The notes under the pieces are model-generated. The model did no database searches, was not told the DNA's origin, and saw only the letters and a program-made list of their open reading frames with translations. A program made the translations under genes and the position numbers. A stretch of 59,538 bases of DNA, the filler included, from Dugesia japonica (taxonomy: Eukaryota): the NCBI GenBank assembly GCA_001938525.1. It is 5 parts of 5 records of this genome, joined end to end, with 100 filler letters (N's around TTAATTAATTAA, not from the genome) between each part and the next. Parts side by side here need not be neighbours in the genome. Positions count along the whole stretch, not along the records: positions 1 to 11,583 come from MQRL01583207.1; positions 11,684 to 29,734 come from MQRL01638149.1; 3 more parts are not named here. One strand, written 5' to 3'. Of this stretch, positions 1 through 12,432 are shown one piece after another. Each line of letters begins with the position of its first letter. Within the stretch, counting starts at the first letter, position 1.

Positions 1-1029
1 TATTGTATTATTAATGTGTTATATTGTATGATGTATGAATTTTTTGTATTCACATAACGTGTTGCATTCATGAGAATGTTGTATGCATGAGCTTATTGTG
101 GGCATAAATATATCTCAATAAACGGATACTTCTAACAGCGTGAGTTATCCTCTAATTTTTATTATCAGGATTTCTTCATACTTAAAAACATGAAAACTAT
201 TATTTCAAATTTTATTGAAGCTCAATAGTGATTAATTTTGCTAGAAATTCCAGTGACTATTTGTTACCAATGGCGGTGATAATTTTGTCAGTCCCAATTC
301 TCGAGGAAACTAATTCCTTGGTATTCAATAAGTTAGGAATATATAAACTTTCATNTTCATTTCTCTTTTATTAGAAACAAACTAGATTCACTAATAGATA
401 CAAAAGAAATCATTTAGATAAATAAATCAGCTGCCAAGTGCGCCTGTGCAACAGAGGGTGGAAAAATCTTAACATATTAGTCAATGTAGACGAGATATTT
501 TATTCCAACTATTAGTTATCAATCGAGATTTTCTTCCATAATTTTTACGTAAAGCCTTCATTTTCAGAAGAGTCTTTATCTTTCAGAATATCTTTACTTT
601 TTTTCATTTTCTTAATGTTTCTAGAATCCGTAGAGGTCACCGCTTCTTTTAATAGTTAAATATAACGCTGATTTGAAATAGAGTTTATATACTATTTTAT
701 AATATACTATTAAAAGTTTAATAAGAGAAAAATTGCATTAAAATACTAACCTTATAATAATTTATTGTATTATTGTTGACTGCATACATAATACAAATAA
801 AATAGATTTATATGCATAAAAAATTTACTAAAAGTTTAATGAGTGATTATATAATAGAAAAAGGTTAGAAAAATAATACACACTAAGCACACACGTAGAT
901 GCACACATTTTTATAATAGAAAAGATTAAAAACTTATTTAACTTTTAACTGTATAAAATAATCAAATCACAATAATTTTTATTTTAATTTTAAATTAAAA
1001 AATATTGCTATTAAATTAATTCTAAAAAA

Positions 1030-1615
1030 TGGAAAAATGATATATTCATAANGGTAAGAGAGATTTCTCGATTTTCAAGTTAAGATTTAGTATTTTTAGA
1101 TGAGACCAACTTTAACTTACATAAAACAAGAGTGTATGGTTATTCTCCACGTAATACCAATGTCTATAAAATTGTTCCATCTAATCGTGGAAGGAATATA
1201 AGTTGAATGTGTGTTATTGATAGTGGAGATATGGTTGAGTATAAGGTACAACATGGTTGATATATCATTAATTTTTATCACACATCGCTTAGTTAGCTAT
1301 TTTTTGTGCTTCACCAGTCGTATTTTAATCATTTTAATCATTTAATTGGATTTCACCATGTAAGACATTTAGAAATTTGCCTACGATCTCTTGAAATATC
1401 CTTTTTATTTTTACCAGCTATTAGTCCTCAATTGAGACTTCAATTGAGGAATTTTATTCAATGATAATAGTTAAATTTTGTAAAATAAAGAATAGGTGTA
1501 ATTCCATTTATTTAATTCAACGTATTCTTACATGAAATTTTAAAGAAACTAGACAATTTTATAGTTATATGCTTGAATGGGTAGAGAAACCTAGACATCA
1601 TGAAGCATTTATTTA
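1030..1615 (+). pseudogene. Tc1/IS630-type (DDE_3) transposase remnant
   Basis: Reads DLVFLDETNFNLHKTRVYGYSP...NRGRNIS* from 1084 and FLPAISPQL (LPPYSPxLN-like) near 1410; contains stops and frameshifts. Confidence 0.8.
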
Positions 1616-1692
1616 ATAAATTTCTAGTTCGGTTTTTCAAATTTTATTTTAATAAGTTTTAAAATAGAAAATAGCTTTACAATACTCTATAA

Positions 1693-2090
1693 TAGTGGTT
1701 CTCAACCTTCCTAATGTCGTGACCCAATTATGAAATTTTTCATGTTGTGGTGACCCCAAATAAATATATAAATAAATACATATTTTCTTTGCTACTTTAT
1801 AACAGTTATTTTTCTAGTTTGATGTACCGCAACGTAAATATCATTATTCTCAACTGTATATTATGTGAACCATTGCTTTATTTAAGGAAATTATGATTGC
1901 TGACATCATTATGTGTACTCTTATGAGAATGTATCTACATGTTAAATGTTCTACTTGGAGACAGTGAGAAAAGAGTTATCTCAATTCTTTAGATCTTAGG
2001 AACTGCGTGTTTTCATATAGTCTTAGGCGCCTCAGTGAAAGTGTCATTCAATTCTCAATGGAGACTCAACCAACAGGTTGAGAACCACTG
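1693..2090. mobile_element. Non-autonomous hAT (Charlie group) MITE, SPIN/URR1-like
   Basis: TIRs TAGTGGTTCTCAACCT / AGGTTGAGAACCACTG (15/16 match); 8-bp TSD CTCTATAA/CTCTAAAA; subterminal text resembles the rodent URR1/SPIN consensus as I recall it. Confidence 0.9.
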
Positions 2091-2259
2091 CTCTAAAACC
2101 ATAGATGAACATACGAAATTTGTAATTGTTACGTAAGAGTGTATTGCGTTATATATTTAATTATATATTTGATTTTCTAACCCTCTTTTATTAAATTTAA
2201 ATCATTCTATTGAATACAGATATACCACAATTGATTTTCTCATTGTTAAATTATTTTAG

Positions 2260-3316
2260 AAACAAGGGTGTTAAAAATGTCAAAAGCAGTAAACAGGATA
2301 ATTCAAAAAAAAGAAAGAATAGTTTAACAACAGCAGTTGGTCTTTTCCAGTCTGAACCAAGTGAAATTAGCAAAGATATGAAATGTAGTGATTCAAAAGA
2401 TTCCCAAGAAACATTTTATATGACTGATGAAGTTTCTGAGAACAATCTTTTAAGAGAATTACTAAGCAGTAGTAATAACGATGATTGCTATGCAAATAAT
2501 GAAAATGAGAATGAAGGAAATGATTCAAATATTCAAAGCAACGAAACTATGGCTTTAACAGCTATTGGTATTGATGAAAACCAACNNNNNNNNNNNNNNN
2601 NNNNNNNNNNNNNNNNNNNNNNNNNNNNNNNNNNNNNNNNCAATGATGACAGTGATGAAATTAATGAGGAAAATATAGACGAAATAGATTTTTCTAATTT
2701 AGAGATGGATTTAGTGCTCAATGATTATGTTATCAATATCCTCAAACAACAAGCAAATATTTTACAACTTCAATTCAGTGTAATTAGTTCTGAAACGAGT
2801 TTAGCTAATCAACTATTAGAGAATGAAGGGTTAGAGACCAACGTTGAACAAGTAGATTACCAAGAAATTCCAGATAATATAGTGGAACATTCTTCAGAAA
2901 TTGGTCATTTATTGAGCAGTTTTCAAACGAATTGTGATGACCCATCACTAGATTATTCAGATAACAAAGAAGAAATGTCAAATAAAGAGGAAACCATTAA
3001 ACCAATAAATGAAATCTCAGTGGAATCCAAAACCGTATCAGATACAAAACGTGTTTCCAACCAAAATCCTGAACACATTAGTCAAACAGCTAATGATAAA
3101 GATGATGATTGCATATCCTCTCAACAGAGAAATGAAATATCAAATGATTATGTAAACAGTATAAAAGGAGAACATATTTCAGACGTTGATAGTATCGAAT
3201 CAAATGCTTTGGATAAAATCAATCCTCAAATTGATAAGAAAAATGACAATGAATTTATTGATGAAAATCCACTTAGAAATCTTTCTGAACATCTTCGACA
3301 AACAATTTCATTATAA
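2260..3316 (+). CDS. Large terminal exon of an acidic D/E/N/S-rich low-complexity protein (host gene, 5' exons not located)
   Basis: About 350 open codons in very AT-rich DNA (N gap 2586-2640); likely acceptor TTATTTTAG ending at 2259; AATAAA overlaps the stop. Confidence 0.6.
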
Positions 3317-3365
3317 TAAATACAAAACGGAAATGATATAAGAAATTATCATTATAAACAAGTGA

Positions 3366-4344
3366 TTATTCCATTCTCAAATATGTATCCAGATTCTGTG
3401 AACTATTTTCATTATTTGAATTCTCCGTGATTTCATAAATGTTAGATGTTATGTCTTCTCGTAATTTTTTATCATTATTTGGGGTATAAGAATTGTCGTT
3501 GGAGGTTTCCATGATCTCATAAATATTAGACGATATTCGATTTTCATTAAGAATCCTTGTGGTATTTCTTCTTAGCTGATTGTCGATTTCGGGATCGTAA
3601 GCATCATTGTTAAATACTGGCATTGAAACATTGGGTTCATTATGAACAGGAACTCTTTTTCTATCATTGTAATTAATATCTTTAGATGACTGCTTCGATC
3701 CCCTACGAAATGAGCTCGATTTCTTTGTTTTATAAAAATAAATAACAAAACATATCGTGACCACCCCTAATAATATTATTAAAATAGGTATTGTAACAAT
3801 ATATCCAATTGCGGAATTTCCTTCTTTCAAAAGAGAATAATTCGAAATATTTTGACAATTAATGCTAAAATTTGTGTTTACAATTCCACCTAACACCAGT
3901 TTATCAATATTTGCTGAGAGGCATAGATTAGCAAAGAAGTTTTTATCTTTAAGTGCAATATCTAAATTATCAGTCTTCTTCATTTCTATCGTTTTTGAAA
4001 ACATTTTCCTTTCTAGATAATAATTATTATTTTGTTTAATTTATTTATTAGTGGTGTAATCTACCTTGTGAGTATAGAGATAAATCAAGAAAATAATTGT
4101 TAATAGGAATTGTTTCAATTTTCCACCCTACTCGAAATTTATCTGTTGAAATCTCACTCCAAATTTTCACATTTCCCGCATTCATATAAACTTGTAAAAG
4201 AGTTTCATTGTAAATAGTGTCCAATATTGTTGTTTCGCTATCAAACATCCACCCATACTTGATCACTGAATATTTGTTGACAGAATTTTTGAAAGAGCAC
4301 TTGAGATCATTAGTGAACGTGATATCTTGTAATTTTAGAAATAT
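3366..4344 (-). CDS. Single-pass type I membrane protein with cytoplasmic Tyr motifs (last two exons; 5' end uncertain)
   Basis: TM segment IGYIVTIPILIILLGVVTICFVIYFY followed by KTKK; 52-nt phase-1 intron 4064-4013 (GTAG...CTAG) joins YSQ-E-RKM in frame; upstream exon open to about 4344. Confidence 0.75.
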
Positions 4345-4914
4345 CTAAATCATTAAAATTATTTAAATATTTTTCATGAACAAACTAATAATGGAATAAT
4401 TGAAATAATCTATGGTGTCCGCTACTATTCCACTATTCAAATACCAAAGATTAATAAAAAAACAGATTCTTGCGTTTTAATATTATTTTTAGGTTGCAGT
4501 TGAATTTTGATTAGTGTATTATATTTCATTTCAGAAATTAAAATTTTAAAATTTTTCATTATCTAAACATTAACTTTTCCATTGATCTGTAAATTAAACA
4601 AATATTTTGGAAAACAAATTTAATAAGTAAACTTTATTTTCAATTGCAAAGATCAAAACTATGTTTTTCTATTTTCATAGAGAGTTCAATAATTCGGCTA
4701 TGCCTTCTTCAGGAACAACTATTGTTCAGTTCATTCTGGTAATAAATGTTTAAATAGAAACACAATTTAAATTAATCTGATTAAAATTAATTTTCATTGA
4801 TAACTAATTATAACATTAAATTTATAATTTATTGAACATTTTCTCGGATAAATGGTGCAAACACTTATTAGATTTTTAAATTTCTGAAATTTAAATTACT
4901 TGATCGATTGATAA

Positions 4915-5826
<912 letters not shown>

Positions 5827-6729
5827 GTTTAGTATATGTGAATGGAATTTCCATGTGAATGGAAGATGGAATTTCCAGTTTGGTTGTTTTTCATAAATAT
5901 AAGATATTTGTTTCACTACTCTTTGATAGAAAAATATTTTAGTTATCTGAAAGCAATTTATACTTCAATTCGGCCTGCAGTGTCCATTTGCCAATGGTTT
6001 GAAAGAGCGATAAAAGACACTTTTAAATTCCGAATAAATTTCATTTGTTGGTTGATTTATCAACATGAGAAAGATTTATATTTATTTAAACCTGTTGTGC
6101 CATTTTAGCTGTCTTAGATATTACTCGGAGTTAATATNTCAAAGAAATGAACTCAAAGTTGTCCAGTTTAAGCATTTCTCACAAACCATTAGAAGAGTGT
6201 TATTTATGGTAAAGATAATAAAATTCACATAATATCTAATAAATATATTAGTGATGAGTAATAATTCTTTATGAATTTTATCAATGATGATTATAATTAA
6301 CAGTAGACTTCACAGCGAGTTTCAATGAATACACGAATTCTTATTATATTGAGGGAGACTACCTCTAAGAATAATATTTTAAAATAAGGTAAATTGTAAT
6401 TTACGAGATGTTAGTATTCGTATTCTTAAGATATGGCACTTGAAAGATTTGAGATATTTCTAATGGATTTACACTGATTAATCAGTCATTGTCGATGTGT
6501 TCACTCAGGGGTTCATAACATGTCAGATTGTCAATTTATCATGAATTTTCTCACGAAAACTAGATGTGTTTAAGTGGAAAAGTAGTGTAAAGGGATTCAG
6601 AGATAAATACTTCTTCTCGAATAGCATGAAAACTTTTTATATGGATTATTGAAAACTTAATGTAAAAGGATATTTACAAATTAACTGATTTACGAATTAA
6701 CAGATCAATCAGAAAAATAAGTTCTTATT

Positions 6730-6894
6730 GTTCGATGTAACCATTTTTAAAATTCATTAAAAACAAAGCTTTGATCAAATTATTTTTGTTTTTGATAGTA
6801 TTTCGAATTTTCGACTTTGTCTTCGTCAGGAATTGACTTTTTTGATTTATTCAATATCTAATTTTATAATAAAAATATTTTTTTAAATTAATTA
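6730..6894 (-). mobile_element. 3' tail/pLTR of a Penelope-like element, separated from its body by the Gypsy insertion
   Basis: Continuous with 10474-10930 once the Gypsy and one AATTA copy are removed; carries a hammerhead core. Confidence 0.65.
6797..6838 (-). ncRNA. Minimal type I hammerhead ribozyme (partly decayed)
   Basis: Minus strand AGTCAATTC-CTGACGA-A-GAC-AAA-GTC-GAAA-ATTC-GAAATACT: CUGANGA and GAAA cores, 3-bp stem II, palindromic AATT stem III, imperfect stem I. Confidence 0.7.
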
Positions 6895-7092
6895 TATGAG
6901 GAAATAATTATTATTTNNNNNNNNNNNNNNNNNNNNNNNNNNNNNNNNNNNNNNNNNNNNNNNNNNNNNNNNNNNNNNNNNNNNNNNNNNNNNNNNNNNN
7001 NNNNNNNNNNNNNNNNNNNNNNAAATAAAAAATGTCTAACAATATGAATTCTGATTTGCAAAATGAATTAACAATTGAAGATTTACCTAACA
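6895..7092 (+). repeat. 5' LTR
   Basis: Matches 10282-10473 on both sides of the N gap; ends CCTAACA directly before the PBS. Confidence 0.9.
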
Positions 7093-10000
7093 TGGTCGAA
7101 GCGGTAAATACAGATTCTATTACTGAGAGGTTATTACCAAAGATATTCTGCAGAGAAGATGATATTGAGAAATTTATCAAGCGTTGTGAATTGTATTTTG
7201 GTGCTAAAAACATCACTCATGTGAAACAACAGGAGAGATTAGTCTCTTGTTTGTTAGATGAAGATTTGTTGGAAGAATATGCAAAGACGTTGAAAAAAGT
7301 TGAAGGTTTTCAGGTTCGTTTACGTATGGCATTTGAGAAAAAGAAAGATGTTATCAAAGATTTCAAAATTTGATTAACTTCAGGCAAGGAAATGAAGAGA
7401 TTCAAGTTTATTTTAAAAATGTAAAAGATTTAGTAAAAAGATTATTTACAAATAAAGATTTTACTGAAGAATAGACATGTGNAACAAAGAAAGGAAAAAC
7501 AAAATATTGAATGTTGGTCATGTCATAAGATCGGTCATACTAAAGCAAGTTGAGGAAACAAAGAAAGTAGTAGAATGCTGGAGTTGTCTTAAAACAGGAC
7601 ATAAATGTTTTAGTTGTGGAAAGGTTGGCCATATAAGAAGGTTATGTCAAGAAGTTAGGTGTAAACAATGTGGTAATGATGGACATAAGGCAGAAGAGCG
7701 CTACACAAATTTTAAAATGAAAAGAACTACTGAGAAATTTATGACTGCAGAAAGTCACGAAACCGATATAATCGATGACATGCAATTGCAGATGAAGATG
7801 TCAGTACAAACGATGGATATGAGGAAGTATAAGAAAGTGTTTCCGAAAGGCAATACCCAAAAGGCAAAACTCCACCATTAGAGGAGTTGGTTGGAGCCAT
7901 CCATTGTTAAATGAAGTTAGTAATTATCCTCAAGGAGTCGAAAAGTGGGATGATATAGGAGAAATTACAGAAAAAGTATACAGGTTCTTAAAGAGGGAAA
8001 ATTTTGCAAATGATAGAAAAGTAGAATGGGTTGGAACAGTTGAAGCAGAAAAGAAAACAAATATTTCGTACTACAAATTGCAAGGCAGACCAAGTATTAC
8101 GGTATCAATTCAAGGAAAAAAAGTAGAATGTCTATTAGATACAGGGGCTGGAATTAGCGTGATGAATTTGAGTTGTTTTAATAAATTACGTGATGGAAAT
8201 TTAGAAATGAGTGATGAAAGATTGCATTGTGCAAATAACAGTGCACTTAAAATTGTTAAGAAAGTTAGAACCGGAGTGATAATTGATGAAGTTTGCAAAG
8301 AGATTACCTTCTTAGTTGTTGAAAGAGTAACACCAGATCTGATAGGAGGAATAGATATGCAGAGAAATTTTTGATACCAGCTTATGCGAAAGGTCGATAG
8401 TAAATCGGATTAAAAGGTCGAAAATTACATTTGCAATATTGAAGCAAAATTCGGAAGACAAATTAAAAAAGGAGAGCGATTGACAAGAGCTTTAAATATT
8501 ATGAAGATTAAAGAATATCAACGTTTATTGAAACAAATTGAAAGTAAAGAAGAAGCTTTTATGGCAAATAAATGGAATGTAGGACGCACACATCCGATAA
8601 GACACAAAATTATCAGAAGTAGTGAAACAATCAATGTAAAATCGTATAGAAAACCAATGAACGTAGAATCTAAAATTGAAGAAGTTATCCAAACTTTTTT
8701 CGAGAATAATATTATTTGAAAATGCAACTCTCCATGGAATACCATACTGATATGGGTTTTTGGAAAAAGAAAAAGAAAGACATAAGAATATGCTTAGATT
8801 TTAGACAATTGAATGCAGTAACAAAAAGACAAGCCTTTCCGATGCCTAATGTCGATGAAATGCTGGACAAGTTAGATGGAGCCAAATATTTCAGTTCAAT
8901 AGATTTGGGAAATGCATACTATCAAGTAGAGCTGGAAGAAGAATCTCAAGAAAAAACGGTGTTTTCAACGAAACATGTGCAATATTTTTTTAATAGAGTG
9001 CCATTTGGCATCGCAGTAGCACTATAGACATTTCAAGAGATGATGACAAAAGTGGTAGGCGGAATCAAAGGAGCCATGGTTTATCTTGATTACATACTGA
9101 TATTTACGAACAATAAAGATCAACACTATGAAGTAATTGAAAGAGTATTGATGGAAATAATGAAGGCTGGTCTAAGAATTAATCCAGAAAAGTGTCACTT
9201 TCTTCAAAGTGAAATCAATGTCAAATGTCACATGAAGATGCCAAGAAAGGGAAGATTAAAACGAGAATACTGAATATAATTGAAAAGGAAAAAGAAGATC
9301 ATTTAAATATTTCTGAGGAAACAGATTTGATCAAGAAGATGACAAATTACATGAAACAATAGAAGAAATACATAAATTATTATGTTATGCAGGAGTTGAA
9401 AATGTGTACGAATATATGAGGAAAAAATATATTGCAAAGAATTTGTGCAGCCAAATACAGAAGATATTTCGAAATTGTTAAATTTGTCAGTAGACTAAAG
9501 TAGTGACAACACCAACTAAAGAGAAGACAAAGAGTTAGAAGCTACAAATTTGTCTGAAGTGATATTCACAGATAAATGTAGGGCAATGAGGGGAAAAAGT
9601 GGACGGAAAATATACATTCTTGAAATAATCGACCAATACAGTAAATATCTGGTTCTTATACCATTGCCTAGACAAGACGAGGAAANGATACGAAAAGCTA
9701 TTTTTGAAAAGTGGATATTGAGATTTGGATGTCCAAGAGAGATAAAATTAGATTGTGGAATCCAGCGTTTGAATCCAGAGTTATGAGAGAGTTTGCACAG
9801 TAGCTAGATATTAAACTTTGCTTTTCGAGTCCCTATCATCATAATGCAAACGAAAAAATTGAGAGACAGTTCAGGACAATTTGAGATTTGATTAATGCAA
9901 CACTTCAGGAAAGAAAGTCAACAGATTGGGAAGATCTTTTACCGGAAATAGAATTTACAATGAACGCAACCAAACAGAAGACGACTGGAAAGAGCCCGGC

Positions 10001-10281
10001 TGAGATTTTATTTGGAAAGAAAATTAGCGGAGAAAAGTAGTATGAGTCAGAAGTTTCAGAAAGAGCTAAAGAAAACCCTTCAGACGTGATTACTAAAAGA
10101 GAATTCAAAGTGTGAGATATAGTACTCATCCAGATAGAAACAAAACATAAAACCCAAGACAGATTTGAAGGACCCTATCAAATAATTGAGAAAATTCATG
10201 AAAAGCGGTATGCGGTACAAGAAGAAAATGGACAGCGATTAGAAAGAGATGTGGAAAAACTTAGAAAGTTTCTTAAGGGGA
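7032..10281 (+). pseudogene. Gypsy gag-pol remnant (zinc knuckles, protease, RT, integrase; RNase H deleted)
   Basis: CFSCGKVGHIRRLC, LLDTGAGIS, RICLDFRQLN, SSIDLGNAYYQ, YLDYIL, IIDQYSKY, SPYHHNAN; many stops and frameshifts. Confidence 0.95.
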
Positions 10282-10473
10282 TATGAGAAAATAATTATTA
10301 TTTATTAATTTTGAGCCAATAGAAATTGAGTTAAATCTGAATAAAGATTTTCTAAATACTATTAAATAATCATTTCTCTTATTAAGTTTAGTTTGTAGTA
10401 GTAAAATAAAAAATGTCTAACAATATGAATTCTGATTTGCAAAATGAATTAACAATTGAAGATTTACCTAACG
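10282..10473 (+). repeat. 3' LTR (192 bp)
   Basis: Follows the PPT; direct repeat of the 5' LTR; followed by the AATTA TSD. Confidence 0.9.
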
Positions 10474-11070
10474 AATTAATTTTACTGAATTTTAATTGTT
10501 TTAAATTTTAATTATTTAATTATTATAAGTTACAACATTGATTTTAGGATTATCTTCTTTAATTAGTAATTTTTCATGTTTTTTTTCTATGTAGTGTAGA
10601 AATGTAGCATGTTTCTAGTGTTTTACATGTTATGTTTTGTTGTTCTGGTGAAATTTGATGTTTGAAAGTGTTTGAAGACTTCACTGTCTTTTTGTTTCAA
10701 ATGTTCCTTAATTCTTGTTCGGATAGTTCTGCATGTTTCTTGACAAATGGTCCATGTTATTTTATAAGTGACATTTTTCTTATTGCATATATTTCTACCA
10801 TCACAAAGGATTCATTTGGGACTACAAAAATTTTGTCGTGTTTTCTGTAATTGGATGCAGAAAAGTGCTTGCGTTTTGAATATAATTCTTGGATTGTGCT
10901 TGAGTTTAGATTTCTTTTTATTAAATTTTGCATGATTTGGTTACATTTCTCATTAATAAAATAAAATTAAAGAAAATTAAAATTAACCAATTAAAATTCA
11001 GTAAAATAAATTAATTCATTTTAAATGTTAATAAAGGCATATATAAAGAAAGAAACATGTAACATAACCA
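10474..11070 (-). mobile_element. Penelope-like element 3' fragment with GIY-YIG endonuclease and inverted tail copy
   Basis: Minus strand CNKKNVTYKITWTICQETCRTIRTRIKEHL...HEKLLIKEDNPKIN (YIG lost); 10474-10530 is inverted at about 10960-11017. Confidence 0.8.
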
Positions 11071-11583
11071 GCGACGGATCGTGGAATTTTTCATGGGAGG
11101 AGGGGCAATATAAAAATAAAAAAAATTGAATAAATGAATCACAATTCTTGAAAAAGATAAAATCGAACATTTGGGGAGGCAAGTTAAATTTTTGAAATTT
11201 TTAACCTTTATAAAAATTTTTAAAAAATATTTTTTGATCTAAGCCTTAGTTTATTTTCTTAATTTTGAAAGTATTTAATTTTATCATTCAGAGAGAGATC
11301 AATGGTTAAAAATTTTCAAAAAGTGAATAATTACCAAAGAAGTAACTTTCACAATAAACAAAATATTTGTACAAATAATTCAAATTTTCATGAGAATCCG
11401 GCTGAACAGTCCAAGGTTTATGCTCAGATTTCAAATACTTTTAAATCATTCTGTTAAGAATTTGGTTTTTTCAATATTTTACATAGATTTTCCGAAAAAT
11501 AAAAATTACTTCAAATTTTATCATCAATCCATCTATTCAATAGAGAATTTTATGCTGAGTAAGAATAACACGAGTAAAAATCG

Positions 11584-11683
11584 NNNNNNNNNNNNNNNNN
11601 NNNNNNNNNNNNNNNNNNNNNNNNNNNTTAATTAATTAANNNNNNNNNNNNNNNNNNNNNNNNNNNNNNNNNNNNNNNNNNNN
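11584..11683. other. Artificial scaffold join (44N-TTAATTAATTAA-44N); same at 29735-29834, 41015-41114, 49225-49324
   Basis: Identical 100-bp layout four times; the 12-mer has stops in all six frames. Confidence 0.95.

Positions 11684-11749
<66 letters not shown>
11684..11749. repeat. (AAT)n microsatellite
   Basis: Perfect TAA/AAT run next to the gap. Confidence 0.95.
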
Positions 11750-11751
<2 letters not shown>

Positions 11752-12084
11752 GTATATTTCATGAATATTTAATAAGTAAAATATTTTTTAAAAAAATAAT
11801 AAATTTATTAATCATATTAATAAGTAATGCCTTTTTCATTAAAAAAATTTTTAAAGTCATAATAATTGTATAGAAAAATAATATTATTAATAATATTTTT
11901 GAATAATTGTTAAATAACTTTATCAAAATATTAATAAAAAAATTAAACTGTATTTGATAAAAAAATTGAAATATTTATAAAAATGATTCTATTTCAAAAA
12001 AAATTTAATAAAATATTAATAATAAACTTTATTTTTTTTTACTTCAAAAATAATAAGTGACAATTAAAATATGAAAGGTCGTGT

Positions 12085-12290
12085 TTGAAGTGTGAAATTT
12101 CTTATTATTATATGAACATTTTAGAGTTTACATTAAGGTGTGAAAGTTCACACTTTAGTTATAAGGTATAAAGAAAATCCACGCCTATGAAAAAAATTTT
12201 TTTATAATAATATTAAGTTAAAAATCAATAAAAATATAATCGTTTAAGGTGTGAAATTAGCGTCAAAGGTTTGAAATTCACACCTATAAG
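12085..12290. repeat. Cluster of AGGTGTGAAA(TTCACACCT)-like short palindromic motifs
   Basis: Four to five degenerate copies, e.g. AAGGTGTGAAAGTTCACACTT and AAGGTTTGAAATTCACACCT. Confidence 0.5.
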
Positions 12291-12310
12291 ATATTTAAAA
12301 TAACAATATT

Positions 12311-12432
12311 AATTCATTTAATATAAAAACTTTGATCAAAATTTTGGTTTTTTCTATTGATATCGAATTATTATCCAATATCAATTAAAAAAAAACCAAA
12401 ATTTTGATCTAAGCTTTTATATTAAATGAATT
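12311..12432. repeat. About 120-bp imperfect palindrome related to the Penelope tail
   Basis: AATTCATTTAATATAAAA...TTTTATATTAAATGAATT; arms resemble 6751-6810. Confidence 0.8.

Larger units (their letters stand above)
6895..10473 (+). mobile_element. Ty3/Gypsy LTR retrotransposon, both LTRs present, internally deleted
   Basis: LTRs 6895-7092 and 10282-10473; 5-bp TSD AATTA; PBS TGGTCGAAGCGGT at 7093; PPT AAGGGGA; domain order gag-PR-RT-IN. Confidence 0.95.

Noticed and set aside
1-137. Possible LTR 3' end (AATAAA...CTAACA)
   Set aside because: Cut by the window edge; no PBS or second copy
5940-6660. Exon-like patches with AG/GT borders
   Set aside because: Stops in every frame and no recognisable motif; may be a decayed gene but cannot be supported
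11628-11639. Recurrent palindrome TTAATTAATTAA (four copies)
   Set aside because: Always centred in 44N+44N; an artificial six-frame-stop linker
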